This document shows, piece by piece, positions 63,675 through 64,000 of a DNA stretch of 64,000 bases. The stretch is from positions 62,001 to 126,000 of the IMG/VR virus record IMGVR_UViG_3300027759_004177, one strand, 5' to 3'. Below the pieces are notes generated by a model. That model was not told the DNA's origin. It did not search any database and saw nothing but the letters and a program-made list of their open reading frames with translations. The position numbers and the translations under genes are program-made. Position 1 is the first letter of the stretch; the number at the start of each line of letters is the position of its first letter.

Positions 63675-64000
63675 TAGCGGGCTCCTGCTTGGAATCCTGG
63701 ATACATGCTGGGAGCATTGGTACGAATGTCTGCGGGATTTTTACGACTGTGCATGTCATCACCACCTGGGAAAGCAGCACCAACGGGAGCGGTTACTTCG
63801 TTAGGCTCATTGGCATACTGTGTTTGTACACCGCAATCAGCTTCTGGCGCCTCTAATCCAGCCAACTGTTGGATCACTGCCAACAAGTCTGGTTCTGGTG
63901 ATTCTGGTTCCACGGCGATCTGCATCACAGGCTCATCTGGTGCAACAGCCAAGGCGGCAATGGCATCAGGAGCAGGTTGTGCAGGTGTATCTGTAGCATC
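63674..64000 (-). CDS. hypothetical protein, 5'-truncated by window edge
   Basis: frame open to position 64000; YANEP.E, GGDDMH. Confidence 0.7.
   Translation of the reverse strand, partial: DATDTPAQPAPDAIAALAVAPDEPVMQIAVEPESPEPDLLAVIQQLAGLEAPEADCGVQTQYANEPNEVTAPVGAAFPGGDDMHSRKNPADIRTNAPSMYPGFQAGAR

Noticed and set aside
1-64000. CRISPR array or cas genes
   Set aside because: No regularly spaced repeat-spacer array and no Cas motifs; the repeats are dispersed promoter cassettes
1-64000. Stop-codon reassignment as in some jumbo phages
   Set aside because: Known genes are full length in the standard code, and TAA, TAG and TGA all end genes at expected positions
1-64000. Bacterial chromosome or integrated prophage
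   Set aside because: Host-like genes lack their usual operon partners (no clpX/tig, tctAB, dnaG) and sit among phage-type ORFs and T4-like late motifs; no integrase or att site seen

Overview
This is a 64 kb segment of a large T4-like or jumbo tailed phage genome read in the standard genetic code, with most genes on the minus strand. The host is probably a freshwater betaproteobacterium (inferred from a Bug/TctC protein, a phasin with a PhaR-type box and the tmRNA tag ANDEQFALAA). The window alternates early cassettes of small genes under consensus sigma70 promoters (TTGAC-17bp-TATAAT) with late genes preceded by TAAATA/TAAGTA, often leaderless. Recognisable genes include ATP-dependent DNA ligase, ClpP, ClpS, Hsp20, ribosomal protein bS21, a nuclease, an exonuclease, a cytidylyltransferase, UDP-glucose dehydrogenase, an amidinotransferase, TerC with a yybP-ykoY riboswitch, and two desaturases. 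The highlights are: (1) a RiPP-like operon made of a radical SAM/SPASM enzyme, an Asn-Cys-repeat protein with a tail-tip-type N-terminus, five Fe/2OG oxygenases and a desaturase, possibly a virion-protein modification system; (2) a curli-type locus (CsgF, CsgG-SH3, curlin, FecR, lectin-curlin fusion) next to an autotransporter and a CHASE2 cyclase; (3) a PlcP-like and Agt-like lipid-remodelling pair with a Pho-box-like repeat; (4) a circularly permuted tmRNA whose intervening segment holds a small membrane ORF; (5) an unassigned structured RNA at about 17.26-17.56 kb. All calls are from motif recognition by eye; no searches were run.
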